DNA from: Thermoanaerobaculia bacterium | Lineage (GTDB): Bacteria > Acidobacteriota > Thermoanaerobaculia > UBA5066 | Length of the DNA stretch: 64,000 nt | Direction: 5' to 3' | NCBI GenBank assembly: GCA_963816185.1 | Contig: CAWFJJ010000029.1 | Coordinates: 192,001-256,000, forward strand | The notes under the pieces: model-generated | The model's database searches: none | What the model was told of the DNA's origin: nothing | The model's input: the letters and a program-made list of their open reading frames with translations, nothing else | Position numbers and translations under genes: made by a program | In this document: piece after piece, positions 63,886 to 64,000 of the stretch | How positions within the stretch are numbered: the first letter of the stretch is position 1 | How the letters are laid out: each line of letters begins with the position of its first letter

Positions 63886-63902
63886 AGCAATTGCGTTGCC
63901 CA
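63886..63902 (-). promoter_or_regulatory. Putative sigma-54 promoter
   Basis: GG-CAACGCAATT-GCT (GG-N10-GC with TTGC) upstream of the YeiH-like gene. Confidence 0.35.
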
Positions 63903-64000
63903 CAATGGGCCAATCGCTAAGGCATTCCATCTGAGCGGCTTAGACAACACAAGGTACGTGGGACGTTACGGAACGGTAATGCGATGGGGCGGGGTGTCAC

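Noticed and set aside
60049-64000. A fifth cassette containing the sulfatase and YeiH-like genes
   Set aside because: No closing repeat is visible before the window ends, so it cannot be distinguished from backbone sequence

Overview
High-GC bacterial chromosome segment whose gene content (several Ser/Thr kinases with beta-propeller or TPR domains, Hfq-like gene, GT39 genes) suggests an Acidobacteria-like organism; this is inference. Bases 1-45.7 kb are mostly core and envelope genes: SGNH hydrolase, two GT39 glycosyltransferases, a fatty acyl reductase-like SDR, a LytS/LytTR/LiaF-like system, a SAM-I riboswitch-controlled yitJ-metH operon, purD, a GrdB/PrdB-like selenoprotein with in-frame UGA and SECIS-like hairpin, pgi, a ROK kinase, RicT, Hfq-like, an M20 peptidase, a polysaccharide gene cluster, serS with two tRNA-Ser and a MacAB-like exporter. 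The main finding lies downstream of tRNA-Arg(UCU) (45770-45847). It is a tandem array of integrase-free gene cassettes of about 3.0, 3.0, 2.9 and 5.3 kb, three carrying a single Ser/Thr kinase. Each cassette ends in a conserved repeat that shares the tRNA 3' terminus (GGCAGGCCA) and encodes a WPAFVDTYRTLL-type peptide stub on the minus strand, which suggests a tRNA-anchored, integron-like cassette system. Many genes appear leaderless, with a TANNNT hexamer 5-9 nt before the start. Numerous single-base frameshifts in conserved genes, including serS and metH, are probably assembly errors.
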